Below are positions 1 to 7,876 of a stretch of 63,998 bases of DNA, one piece after another. Each line of letters starts with the position of its first letter. The first letter of the stretch is position 1. The stretch is from the IMG/VR virus record IMGVR_UViG_3300043408_000061, positions 1 to 63,998 of that record, one strand, 5' to 3'. Under the pieces are notes generated by a model. That model saw nothing but the letters and a program-made list of their open reading frames with translations. It was not told the DNA's origin and did not search any database. Source of the stretch: a virus. The translations under genes and the position numbers were made by a program.

Positions 1-127
1 TGCTGCTGCCCATGCTGCTTTCCATGATGCTGTGTCTTCTGCTGCGTGTGCTGCTGCCCGTGATGCGTCAAGCTCTGCCTTGGTCGCAGTGCCGTTAAGG
101 TATCGCTCTACAACATCGTTGCACGCC
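1..127. repeat. 127-nt terminal overlap identical to 63872..63998 (closed/circular assembly, unit length about 63,871 bp)
   Basis: Compared base by base. Positions 1-127 equal 63872-63998. The overlap begins inside a (TGC)12 run. Confidence 0.95.
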
Positions 128-363
128 TTAGCTGCTGGTCTTAGGTGCTCAACACGTCTAGCGACGGCTAAGGCGAAGCGCTGAGTGCGCTCAGGTGTCG
201 GCTCAGTGCGTAAGCACCATATTGCGTCATCTAAACCGTTGCTTTCGAGTACGGTCGGGAGTGATAGCGGTTCGTCGTCGCCTTTGGTTTTGCCTAGGTG
301 CTTTAGAAGTTTAGTCCAGCCCCTTGAGCATGGGTCGTGTGAGCGAATGTCATTGAGTGTCAT
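1..363 (-). CDS. Ala-rich-tail paralog, copy 5, N-terminal 121 codons (gene crosses the junction and ends at 63677)
   Basis: ATG at 363. My own translation, MTLNDIRSHDPCSRGWTKLLKHLGKTKGDDEPLSLPTVLESNGLDDAIWCLRTEPTPERTQRFALAVARRVEHL..., matches the heads of the four paralogs at 61383-63680. Confidence 0.8.
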   Translation of the reverse strand, partial: MTLNDIRSHDPCSRGWTKLLKHLGKTKGDDEPLSLPTVLESNGLDDAIWCLRTEPTPERTQRFALAVARRVEHLRPAAKACNDVVERYLNGTATKAELDASRAAAHAAEDTASWKAAWAAA

Positions 364-364
364 G

Positions 365-778
365 TTACTTAGCCCCCAGCTTGAATGTGTAGTCGTTGTT
401 CGGATGTAGTACGATGCCTGTGGCTGTCGGGTACGCGGCTAAGATGTCAGCCGTTGTCAGCGCGTGGTAGCGATTGGCTGCTGTTCGGGCGTTGGCGTTC
501 TTGATTTTCTGCAGCACGTTAGGCAGTAGCCCTAATGTCGATGCGCGGTAGGTGATGCCATCATGCTCGAACGTCAGGCGATATGGGCGCACGGTAAGTG
601 TGATGTCCTGAGCGGTGCGCCATGCGTGAAATGCGTCATAGTCGTTGACTGTAAGACTCACGCTGTCGCTATCGTGTGCAATCCAAGGCGTAGCGCCTGG
701 GATTTTGATTCGTGCGAATAGCTTGTCGATGTGGGCTTGAAGCTCTGCTGCGTGTCGGGCTCGGATTTCTGATAACAT
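365..778 (-). CDS. hypothetical early protein
   Basis: 137-aa ORF packed in the leftward gene train. The N-terminus (L.E.RARHA.E) resembles that of 824..1294. Confidence 0.6.
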   Translation of the reverse strand: MLSEIRARHAAELQAHIDKLFARIKIPGATPWIAHDSDSVSLTVNDYDAFHAWRTAQDITLTVRPYRLTFEHDGITYRASTLGLLPNVLQKIKNANARTAANRYHALTTADILAAYPTATGIVLHPNNDYTFKLGAK

Positions 779-823
779 TGTTTTCTCCTGTTGGTTAGTG
801 AGTAAGGTTATTGTATCAGGGAT

Positions 824-1294
824 TTAGTCCGTGCTCTGCACTAAATCGTAACATTGTGTAACAGTAAGCAGTCGAGAGATATGATTATCGTAGTCTACAT
901 ACCGTGTCAGCCAGCCCTCGGTCGTGTGGCTCAGTGCCCACGGTATGCCAAATGTGATGTAACGTTTACCGTTGATGTAAAACGCCACGCTTGTACTGGT
1001 GTTGTCTTTTCGCAACAGTATTTGCCCTGTCTGGTCGGTGGCGCGATATTGGGGCGGTTGCGTGAGCGCAAACACTGACTCGTTGCGGGTTCCATGCTTA
1101 AATTTTGTAATCGTTTGCAATGGCTCGGCTAGGAGTGCGCTCCAATCATCAACCGCAAGGGCGACAAGCGGTTTGCCTGTGGTGTCCTGTGGGTAGGCTA
1201 GGCTTGCTCCGTTCGGTGGCACGTAAGCCCACGCTGCTGCCAGCGTTGCCCGCTCTTTAGCGTGGCGTGCGTCAAGTTCTGCTAGTGTAATCAT
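824..1294 (-). CDS. hypothetical early protein
   Basis: 156-aa ORF on the minus-strand train. Competing plus-strand ORFs are shorter and Cys/Arg-rich. Confidence 0.6.
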   Translation of the reverse strand: MITLAELDARHAKERATLAAAWAYVPPNGASLAYPQDTTGKPLVALAVDDWSALLAEPLQTITKFKHGTRNESVFALTQPPQYRATDQTGQILLRKDNTSTSVAFYINGKRYITFGIPWALSHTTEGWLTRYVDYDNHISRLLTVTQCYDLVQSTD

Positions 1295-1658
1295 TGATTG
1301 CTTTCTTTAGGTGGTCAGCCAGTGGCTTGTCGTATTTGGTTAGTGCTGTAATACCGCCTTGGATACGCTCAAGCGCCATAGTGTGTAGCTGTAGGTCGAT
1401 GCACTCCACGGGCTTGACGGGTTGGTGTGGTGGCTCTATGCGGTAATCATTGAGCGTGCGCTTGTCGCGTGACACGTCGAGATATACCCCGAAGCGATAT
1501 TGCGTCAGGTCTGCATTACGCACGTCCCGCAGAATGCCTGAGCGCGACATATGGCGCCCGTAGGTGAAAGCGAAGCCATTACTAGCGTTGATATAGCTGT
1601 AGGTGATGCGTTGGCGGTCGCGCAGTGCTCTAGCCACCAGTTGAGGTACTGTGTTCAT
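1272..1658 (-). CDS. hypothetical early protein
   Basis: 128-aa ORF with a short overlap with its neighbours. Confidence 0.55.
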   Translation of the reverse strand: MNTVPQLVARALRDRQRITYSYINASNGFAFTYGRHMSRSGILRDVRNADLTQYRFGVYLDVSRDKRTLNDYRIEPPHQPVKPVECIDLQLHTMALERIQGGITALTKYDKPLADHLKKAINDYTSRT

Positions 1659-1936
1659 GCTTTAAGTCTGTAATGGTCGTTTGTTGTAGGCTCGAATCGC
1701 TCAAAGCCAATGGTTCGGGCTTCATGCTCAGTGTGCTCAGGGCGGTGTCGGTCGGAGTGCTTGCAGAATTCCGCCAAGGCGCGGGGCATATCGGCGGAGT
1801 TATGCACGCTAATGGCGGTCTTACGGAACCATATGGACAGCGCGACATGCTTCTGCGTAAGAATGCAGTCGTTACGCCCTAATCGGTAGATGTAGTCGTC
1901 TTGTTCGGCGTTAAGCTGGTTGATTAAGTTGTGCAT
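1655..1936 (-). CDS. hypothetical early protein
   Basis: 93-aa ORF with a 4-nt overlap with the downstream gene. Confidence 0.5.
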   Translation of the reverse strand: MHNLINQLNAEQDDYIYRLGRNDCILTQKHVALSIWFRKTAISVHNSADMPRALAEFCKHSDRHRPEHTEHEARTIGFERFEPTTNDHYRLKA

Positions 1937-2153
1937 TTAAGCCACTCCATTGTTTCGGTGTCAGTTGGCGCTCTAGGCGTGGCAGCTCGAAGTGATACGG
2001 GTTTGCGATAGTGTCCCCGATACTCAGGTCTTGGGATGTTGCGAAGCTATGTAGCTGAATTAAACCGGTTGCAATGTTGTGGTGGTGTGTCCAGTAGCCA
2101 CGAAGACCGAAGCTGTTGGTGTTGGTCGATTTTCTAAATACTGTGTAGCTCAT
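1911..2153 (-). CDS. hypothetical early protein
   Basis: 80-aa ORF in the same train. Confidence 0.45.
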   Translation of the reverse strand: MSYTVFRKSTNTNSFGLRGYWTHHHNIATGLIQLHSFATSQDLSIGDTIANPYHFELPRLERQLTPKQWSGLNAQLNQPA

Positions 2154-2370
2154 AGCTCCTCCATTGTGGTGATACTGCTAAAAATTTATCGCGGTCTACT
2201 TCTGTCACAAATATCCGTGTTGGTTCGCTGCTGTCGGCTAAGCCACTGGATGTCAGCCTGTAAGCCAGTACATAGCCTTGTCCGCGTGCTGCTGCGTTTC
2301 TTTTAAGCCATTCGCGGTACTGATTGTCCGCGTATTGGTTCATAGCTAGTATTTGGTATCTTCCGTGCAT
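2134..2370 (-). CDS. hypothetical early protein
   Basis: 78-aa ORF. AAAGGG lies just upstream of the ATG. Confidence 0.5.
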   Translation of the reverse strand: MHGRYQILAMNQYADNQYREWLKRNAAARGQGYVLAYRLTSSGLADSSEPTRIFVTEVDRDKFLAVSPQWRSYELHSI

Positions 2371-2383
2371 TGTAGTGCCCTTT

Positions 2384-2407
2384 CTGCTGCTGCTGCTGCT
2401 GCTGCTG
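2384..2407. repeat. (CTG)8 / (CAG)8 intergenic microsatellite
   Basis: Perfect 8-unit trinucleotide run between the stop at 2422 and the start at 2370, abutting the ribosome-binding region. Confidence 0.9.
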
Positions 2408-2421
2408 CGTAGCGCAGAGCG

Positions 2422-2742
2422 TTATTTGTCATTGAAGTATGCAGCGTTGAAGCTGTAACCTTGTGGGTTCGTGCCAAGCAGTACGCCTGAGCCGTCATCG
2501 TCAAACCGCAGTGCTAGTGAGTCTTGCTTGAAGATGGCGCAGTATAGTCCTAAGGCGGTATACGTGGTCTCAGGGCTATATGCGCCCGATGCAATGATGA
2601 GTGTTTGCGGTGGTTGACCGTCCCACGGTTGGGCTTGGCGGATTGCAATGAGATTGAACCCGATGGCTGTCAGATATTGGATGGCGCGAGCGGCGTCTTG
2701 TGGTGCTGCTTCGGCGTTGATTGTGATAGCTGTATGGTGCAT
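2422..2742 (-). CDS. hypothetical early protein
   Basis: 106-aa ORF. Confidence 0.55.
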   Translation of the reverse strand: MHHTAITINAEAAPQDAARAIQYLTAIGFNLIAIRQAQPWDGQPPQTLIIASGAYSPETTYTALGLYCAIFKQDSLALRFDDDGSGVLLGTNPQGYSFNAAYFNDK

Positions 2743-2809
2743 GGTATTTGCCCTTTGGTTGATTGCTGTGGAGTTATTGTAGCGTGGTTTTGAGTGGTTT
2801 TGATGACTG

Positions 2810-3106
2810 TTACAAACTGTTACGTTTTAGCCATAGCCTACATAATAGGCGCAGCGCGTCAATGCGCTGTTGTAGTTGGTCAGGCGTGCCACGTAGTAGC
2901 TGTTGGCTGTGTTGGTCAGGCTTACCCCGTAGCAACGATAGCATTCCATCTAAGGTATATTCTCGGTGCTTGTGTTGGTAGTTGTAGGCTTCCACTACAT
3001 TATAAAATTTTATAGTTATGAAACCCGTTATCGCGGATTCTATTTCCGCTGGGTCAGCCTTTGGGTTGCACATTAAAAGCGCAGTTCTAACAATTCGGTT
3101 TCTCAT
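2810..3106 (-). CDS. hypothetical early protein
   Basis: 98-aa ORF with a 4-nt overlap with 3103..3543. Confidence 0.5.
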   Translation of the reverse strand: MRNRIVRTALLMCNPKADPAEIESAITGFITIKFYNVVEAYNYQHKHREYTLDGMLSLLRGKPDQHSQQLLRGTPDQLQQRIDALRLLCRLWLKRNSL

Positions 3107-3543
3107 TTTTGTGCTCGCTTCAATTTTTCACATATAACACATGCACCGCTGTCCGTTCTTCTCTCCCGCGTGTTGCATCGCTTGCATGGTATGTCGGGTG
3201 CATAGGTGGTGTCCCCGATTAGATATGCCGTTTGACGCGCACTAATAGGTTTGTATCGCTTTGCAATTACGGCATATAGTGGGGCACTAATCCAATGGCT
3301 CGGCTCGTCGGTGTTGGTGTCAAACCCTAAGCGCATTACGTAGTCTCTGAATATTTGCTCATGAAGGTCATCATTGGTCATCGGTGCGGTGCGCTGCTTG
3401 CAGTGCCAGCAATTGCCTGTGCTTGTATATCGCTTTGCGTCGATAGCACCACATATTTTACATGTTGAGTCTGAGTAGTACAGCTTTAGGTTTTTTAAGA
3501 TGGCTTCGTCTCTGTGCATATAGGCTTTCAAAGTAAGAATCAT
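3103..3543 (-). CDS. Cys-rich (two CxxC...CxxC modules) putative zinc-ribbon protein
   Basis: Contains CKICGAIDAKRYTSTGNCWHCK and CKRCNTRERRTDSGACVICEK. Similar modules occur in 58460..59275. Confidence 0.6.
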   Translation of the reverse strand: MILTLKAYMHRDEAILKNLKLYYSDSTCKICGAIDAKRYTSTGNCWHCKQRTAPMTNDDLHEQIFRDYVMRLGFDTNTDEPSHWISAPLYAVIAKRYKPISARQTAYLIGDTTYAPDIPCKRCNTRERRTDSGACVICEKLKRAQK

Positions 3544-3912
3544 AACACAGCTATCTACAAACTCGTACCCTTTTTTTTGAATATTTCCCTAATTATGTTT
3601 TTTATGTTCTGCTATCTATATTGGTTTTTAGCTAAGTCATTGATTTACTTATATATATTTATTTTTTACGCAAGAATAATAAATATAATATAATAAATAT
3701 AGTGTTGTAAAAAAACCACATAAAATATAGATAGCAGAACATAAAAACGTCCTACAAAAAAAGATTCAAAAAAACAGGTGCGAGTTTGTAGATAAAAGCG
3801 TTCTGATTTAATTTAAAAGCCTCGAAACCTAATTTTTTGTAGATAAACGCGTTATGATTTAAACATTAAGTAAAAAGATTATGGTTTTTTATATAGATGA
3901 GGGTTTTATGAT
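3544..3912. promoter_or_regulatory. AT-rich non-coding island with a long inverted repeat and TAGAT-type iterons (candidate origin or regulatory hub)
   Basis: 369 nt with no plausible ORF, and visibly far more AT-rich than the flanks. Repeat details are in the findings. Confidence 0.6.
3551..3795. repeat. imperfect ~72-bp inverted repeat (arms 3551-3622 and 3724-3795) around an AT-rich spacer
   Basis: 20-bp perfect core: TATGTTCTGCTATCTATATT (3603-3622) against AATATAGATAGCAGAACATA (3724-3743). Outer match: CTATCTACAAACTCG (3551-3565) against CGAGTTTGTAGATAA (3781-3795). Confidence 0.85.
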
Positions 3913-4185
3913 TTAAACCACAAACCTCAAACCGAAGCCTGTAGCCACGTCAATAACATCAATTATAGTATAGCCATGTGCTTTACACCTAGCCACCCAA
4001 GCCCAAAAGCGATTACCGTCACCCTCGGTAATGAGCGGGCGTGTCCACTTGGGCACATGCACGTTAAGGTCATCACGCCCACGGTAAGCGCATGGCTCAG
4101 CGCGATTAGCTTCCAGCTGTCGCTGATATATCTCAGGGTCTAGCGATTCAATTCTTACATCACCGATGTGATTCTGGGTTTTCAT
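3913..4185 (-). CDS. hypothetical early protein
   Basis: 90-aa ORF. Confidence 0.55.
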   Translation of the reverse strand: MKTQNHIGDVRIESLDPEIYQRQLEANRAEPCAYRGRDDLNVHVPKWTRPLITEGDGNRFWAWVARCKAHGYTIIDVIDVATGFGLRFVV

Positions 4186-4313
4186 ATCTTCCTGCCTTTC
4201 AAGTAAGTAGCTTTAAACAATTTGATTGCCGCTTCACGCGTTAAACCATGGTAATTGCGGACATCAGTACCACAGCGGATACAGTAGCCTTTGGCTGTGC
4301 GCTCGATAATCAT
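4182..4313 (-). CDS. small hypothetical protein (43 aa)
   Basis: Below the ORF-track cutoff. ATGA stop/start overlaps occur at both ends (4310-4313 and 4182-4185). Confidence 0.4.
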   Translation of the reverse strand: MIIERTAKGYCIRCGTDVRNYHGLTREAAIKLFKATYLKGRKI

Positions 4314-4480
4314 GACAGTGAATACTCCACGTCATTTTCATAGAGCCATGTCGTCACGGTTGGCGTTAAACCATCAGTAAAATAGAATGTGTGCGTTGAC
4401 CGCTGCGTAAGACTAGCAAACCCTCGGATTGTGGTGTATTGCCTAGGGCTTAGAATGCTGTGTATTGTCAAAATATTCAT
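4310..4480 (-). CDS. small hypothetical protein (56 aa), first gene of the leftward arm
   Basis: My own translation is MNILTIHSILSPRQY.... An ATGA overlap links it to the next ORF. Confidence 0.4.
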   Translation of the reverse strand: MNILTIHSILSPRQYTTIRGFASLTQRSTHTFYFTDGLTPTVTTWLYENDVEYSLS

Positions 4481-4570
4481 GGTTGTGAACCTATGTTGTT
4501 AATGATGTCCTGAATTGTATAGTATATATTTGTTCAAGGTTTATTAAGGTAAGTAATAAAGTGTAAGGCG

Positions 4571-4625
4571 TAAGGGCGTGAAGCCATTGGCTAGCGTAAG
4601 GGCGTGAAGCCTAGGGCGTGAAGCC
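4571..4625. repeat. three direct copies of TA(A/G)GGCGTGAAGCC
   Basis: Copies at 4571-4585, 4597-4611 and 4612-4625, immediately upstream of the heptamer array. Confidence 0.8.
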
Positions 4626-4714
4626 CCAAGCCCCAAGCCCCAAGCCCCAAGCCCCAAGCCCCAAGCCCCAAGCCCCAAGCCCCAAGCCCCAAACCCCAAG
4701 CCCTAAGCCCTAAG
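4624..4714. repeat. heptanucleotide tandem array (CCCCAAG)9 plus 4 variant units
   Basis: Nine perfect units at 4624-4686, followed by CCCCAAA, CCCCAAG, CCCTAAG and CCCTAAG. The complement is (CTTGGGG)n. Confidence 0.95.
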
Positions 4715-4911
4715 CGATATATACCCCCGTACAGGCTGGAGCGAGCTACGTGTTTGCCAAAATAACAACCATCCCTCTCACCCACTACCCCGGCTACAAC
4801 CACACGCCACACGCCACCGGCGGGGCGGTATAAGCCACACGCTAAAATCTGCTATCAATTTCATAGCACCCCTACAATTTGTACGTCTTAACCACCAGCC
4901 ACAAAACCACA

Positions 4912-4920
4912 TGCTATAAT
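4912..4920 (+). promoter_or_regulatory. extended -10-like element TGCTATAAT
   Basis: TGnTATAAT consensus read directly. Seven nt separate it from the ATG at 4928. No Shine-Dalgarno is present. Confidence 0.4.
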
Positions 4921-5152
4921 GCAAACCATGAAACTCCCAATAGACCTCAAACTTTACAGTGGCACCTGCGGTTCCACCGACGGTACATCGGCATTCAGCG
5001 TGCGCTTCCTGCTCACACCGCTTGAGTATGAGACCATGCTTGACATGGGCATCCTACCACCGGATACATCGCTGGTGGAGCACATCGAGCCCGCCGGGGA
5101 TTTACCGGCGCTTCACGACTTGCATCTTGAAGGCTCAAGCCGGGTACACTAA
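4919..5152 (+). CDS. hypothetical protein, first gene of the rightward arm (start 4919 or 4928)
   Basis: 77-aa ORF. A TAATG overlap couples it to the next gene. Confidence 0.55.
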   Translation: MQTMKLPIDLKLYSGTCGSTDGTSAFSVRFLLTPLEYETMLDMGILPPDTSLVEHIEPAGDLPALHDLHLEGSSRVH

Positions 5153-5619
5153 TGGCCAGAGACCTTAGCCTCGCCCTTGTCACGCCAACACAGCAGGATA
5201 TTTTCCTGACCGTGTTTCGTGAAACCGGCCTGTGGCATAAGGCCGCAGCTTCGGCAGGCACAACCAAGAGCGCCATCCAGCGGTACTGCGAGAATAAGAC
5301 TGATGATGCTGAGGTATTCTTACTCAACATCCAGGAAGCCGCTGGCCAGTGGGCCGATACAATTGAGGCGGAGATGACACGCCGGGCGATAGATGGTGTG
5401 GAAAAAGACGTGTACTACAAGGGTCAGATAGTCGGTACCGAGATTGTCTACTCTGACACCCTGCTATCGAAGATGGCCGATGCTCACATCCCGGCCTACG
5501 CCAAGACCAAAGAGCAGGAGTCTGGTGGCGTGAGCATCGTAATCAACACGTTCCAAGACCAAGCGCCCCAGGTCATAGTCGAAGCCCAGTCACCAACCTA
5601 CATAAGCGACCTAGAATAA
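5152..5619 (+). CDS. terS: terminase small subunit (putative)
   Basis: N-terminal HTH-like segment (TPTQQDIFLTVFRETGLWHKAAASAGTTKSAIQRY) and an EAEMTRRAIDGVE...YSDTLL...P.Y pattern typical of TerS families as I recall them. Located upstream of TerL. Confidence 0.6.
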   Translation: MARDLSLALVTPTQQDIFLTVFRETGLWHKAAASAGTTKSAIQRYCENKTDDAEVFLLNIQEAAGQWADTIEAEMTRRAIDGVEKDVYYKGQIVGTEIVYSDTLLSKMADAHIPAYAKTKEQESGGVSIVINTFQDQAPQVIVEAQSPTYISDLE

Positions 5620-5969
5620 TGTACATCGTTCCACCGTACCCATTCAATGAGCAGGAGTGCAACCTTGACGACAAGGTGTGGTCGGTACCACGCCTAGCGA
5701 TGCTAGCACGTGACCTACCGCTCCTAAGCCTACCGCTCGATGCGCTTAACCTTGCCAACACCGTTTACGAGTGCAACATGCGCGAGATGGTGCGGCACTA
5801 CAACACCATCAACGATGCGGACTTGGAGCAGCCCATCCTGCTCAGCGAAGACGGTGAGATATTCGACGGGCGTCATCGGATTATGAAAGCCCTAAGCCAA
5901 GGCCTAACACACATAAACGCTAAGCGTTTCGACATTAACCCATCGCCATGTAGGTACAATACAAAATGA
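5619..5969 (+). CDS. ParB N-terminal (ParB/Srx)-like nuclease-domain protein
   Basis: PILLSEDGEIFDGRHRIMKA contains the DGxHR signature. Confidence 0.65.
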   Translation: MYIVPPYPFNEQECNLDDKVWSVPRLAMLARDLPLLSLPLDALNLANTVYECNMREMVRHYNTINDADLEQPILLSEDGEIFDGRHRIMKALSQGLTHINAKRFDINPSPCRYNTK

Positions 5970-6163
5970 CAATACCTTCTAACGTAGTGATTGGCCAGGG
6001 TATGCTGGTCTACCGCAAACAGCCTGACGGCTCACAGCCCATCGTGATGCAAACGCGCTGCAACTGCAGCTCAACGCCACGGGAACAAACATCCCGTTTC
6101 GTTGACCAACATCGCGAGGGCTTTATAACGCACGAGCAGTTTACCAAAGGTGAATGGCAGTGA
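5966..6163 (+). CDS. hypothetical protein
   Basis: 65-aa ORF with an ATGA overlap with the upstream gene. Confidence 0.5.
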   Translation: MTIPSNVVIGQGMLVYRKQPDGSQPIVMQTRCNCSSTPREQTSRFVDQHREGFITHEQFTKGEWQ

Positions 6164-6327
6164 TGAAATATCTAGCAGTCACAGGCCTGACGTATCTGGC
6201 CTTTATGTTCACCATTGCGGAGCCTAACCCATTTGCGTGGGATGCCATACAGCGATTCACCCTGATACTGGTGGTCGCAGCGGCGAGTGTAGTTACATGG
6301 TTTTGCAACTCGAACTACAGCCTATGA
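6163..6327 (+). CDS. small membrane protein (54 aa, two hydrophobic segments)
   Basis: My own translation is MKYLAVTGLTYLAFMFTIAEPNPFAWDAIQRFTLILVVAAASVVTWF.... A TGATG overlap links it to the upstream gene. Confidence 0.45.
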   Translation: MKYLAVTGLTYLAFMFTIAEPNPFAWDAIQRFTLILVVAAASVVTWFCNSNYSL

Positions 6328-6459
6328 CCCAACTCCCACTCGTACCACGGCGTTCAGGCTTCTGCGTACCATGGCTGTGCCCCATCAGCCCGCTCAAGCT
6401 GCTACGCCCATGGCCAAACCCCACACTGCCTAAAACTCGTAAATCTAGGAGCGATAAGA

Positions 6460-7179
6460 ATGAGCCGCGTTACTGAAACACCTGCTGAAAGAACAGCACG
6501 CTGGCGACTGGAGAATCACGGTAGGTATATGGATACCAAATGGAAAGTTAAAGCGCGCCACAAACTAAAGTTCGCGGAAGCAGCATTAAATAAAAAGCCA
6601 AAGGTTAAAACACCCGAAGAGTCAGCGCATACTTTAGAAAAATACATATCGTACCACGCTAAATACCGAGAAGATAATGCGGCTCTGCTAAGTATGAAGC
6701 AGAAGGCATATCGAGAAGCAAATTCTGAAAAAATTAAAGCGCTGCAGCAAGCCAGATATATTAGGGATAAAGATAAGCATCTTGCTGCAGGGGCTGCATA
6801 TAGAGTAGCAAACGCAGATAAGATTAAAAAATACAGAGCTGACAATATTGATAAGCTACACGCCGCAAATAAAAAATATCGCACGGAGAACCCGCATATA
6901 ATTGCTGCTATAGCTGCAAAGCGACGAGCTAAAATATATCAGAGAACACCTACGTGGTTTGATGAGCTGCATGTTCAAGCAATATACAAATGCGCTGCGG
7001 AGCTTACAGCATCTACAGGGATGCGATATGAGGTTGACCACATAATCCCCATACAAGGGGCTAATGTCTCAGGATTGCACTGGCACCACAACATGCAGAT
7101 TATTAAAAAAGAAGATAATGTGCGAAAGCACAATAGGTTTAACATTGAGGATTACACACATGAACTTCCGATATATTGA
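6460..7179 (+). CDS. HNH endonuclease
   Basis: C-terminal EVDHIIPIQGANVSGLHWHHNMQIIKKEDNVRKHN (HNH motif). The N-terminus has repeated Y-R-x-x-N-x-x-K units. TAGGAG lies upstream. Confidence 0.85.
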   Translation: MSRVTETPAERTARWRLENHGRYMDTKWKVKARHKLKFAEAALNKKPKVKTPEESAHTLEKYISYHAKYREDNAALLSMKQKAYREANSEKIKALQQARYIRDKDKHLAAGAAYRVANADKIKKYRADNIDKLHAANKKYRTENPHIIAAIAAKRRAKIYQRTPTWFDELHVQAIYKCAAELTASTGMRYEVDHIIPIQGANVSGLHWHHNMQIIKKEDNVRKHNRFNIEDYTHELPIY

Positions 7180-7360
7180 AAAGAAGTATGAACAGTTCCA
7201 AATATACAGATTAAACATGTGCGACTTCGAGGCTTGGGTACCGGGCGGCAAGCTATTGGCCAAGCTATACCGGTTAACAGAGACAGGCTGTCCCTGCTGC
7301 TCCGGCGCCCGCGTGGTCGGCCTTATGCTAATCGCGTTTGGGGTAGGCTATGTGGTATGA
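7160..7360 (+). CDS. small Cys-containing protein with a C-terminal hydrophobic segment (start uncertain: 7160 or 7217)
   Basis: In-frame ATGs within ORF 7064..7360. Contains TGCPCCSGARVVGLMLIAFGVGYVV. Confidence 0.35.
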   Translation: MNFRYIEKKYEQFQIYRLNMCDFEAWVPGGKLLAKLYRLTETGCPCCSGARVVGLMLIAFGVGYVV

Positions 7361-7529
7361 TGTCGCAGCGCTGACGGCGTGGGCTATCAGCTCTATATTG
7401 GTGCGCAATTTAGACACCAAGAAAGAACTCAGCGGGGCGTCAGTCTTATTCTGGCTACCAGTTGCACTGTACGTAGTAGCATACCCATGCTACGTGCTTG
7501 TGTCTTTAGCGTATTGGATATTTAAATGA
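7350..7529 (+). CDS. small membrane protein (59 aa)
   Basis: My own translation is MWYDVAALTAWAISSILV...LFWLPVALYVVAYPCYVLVSLAYWIFK. An ATGA overlap links it to 7526. Confidence 0.45.
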   Translation: MWYDVAALTAWAISSILVRNLDTKKELSGASVLFWLPVALYVVAYPCYVLVSLAYWIFK

Positions 7530-7876
7530 TTACAATAAACCCCTGTGACCCGACACCACTGCTATTTGACCCAAGCCCATGCTTCCCGGCCAGTACCACC
7601 ACGTCGCCACCATTCAAGGCCACACTATCGAGGCCGGACAAGACATCCATTGACCTAACAACCACGCTGCTGCCAAGCGGTAAGCTGCAGGTCAACATGC
7701 CCGCTACGCCACCGGAACGCGGTATATGGAGCCTTAGTATCGGTACGCCAACATGCTGCTGCCACAACGCCAGAGTCTTCATTGACACCTGCCAGCCAGT
7801 CACGTACCCCGGTAAGCACAGCGCTACGGGTGACTCGCAGACATCACCAACCAATCCGATAACAGTATGCTGCTAG
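7526..7876 (+). CDS. Pro/Thr/Cys-rich hypothetical protein
   Basis: 116-aa ORF coupled to its neighbours. Contains TPTCCCHNARVFIDTC and ends in VCC. Confidence 0.45.
   Translation: MITINPCDPTPLLFDPSPCFPASTTTSPPFKATLSRPDKTSIDLTTTLLPSGKLQVNMPATPPERGIWSLSIGTPTCCCHNARVFIDTCQPVTYPGKHSATGDSQTSPTNPITVCC

Noticed and set aside
1-127. Genuine direct terminal repeat of the virion DNA.
   Set aside because: The length equals a common assembler k-mer (127) and the boundary lies inside a gene. An assembly overlap is the simpler reading. This cannot be settled without reads.
4481-4560. Sigma70-type promoter for the leftward early operon (TTGAAC / TATACT / TACAAT on the minus strand).
   Set aside because: Hexamer-like sequences exist, but every pairing I tried gave a 12-15-nt spacer. 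That is too weak to annotate.
4624-4714. Possible CRISPR array.
   Set aside because: The 7-nt units are directly abutting with no spacers, and there are no cas genes.
4591-4812. 73-aa minus-strand ORF encoding GLGLGAW repeats.
   Set aside because: It is a read-through of the heptamer array. It has no start context and lies in the divergent intergenic region.
6237-6476. 79-aa plus-strand ORF between the small membrane ORF and the HNH gene.
   Set aside because: It has a non-ATG start and Pro/Arg/Cys-rich composition. It overlaps the better-supported 6163..6327 ORF and the HNH start region.
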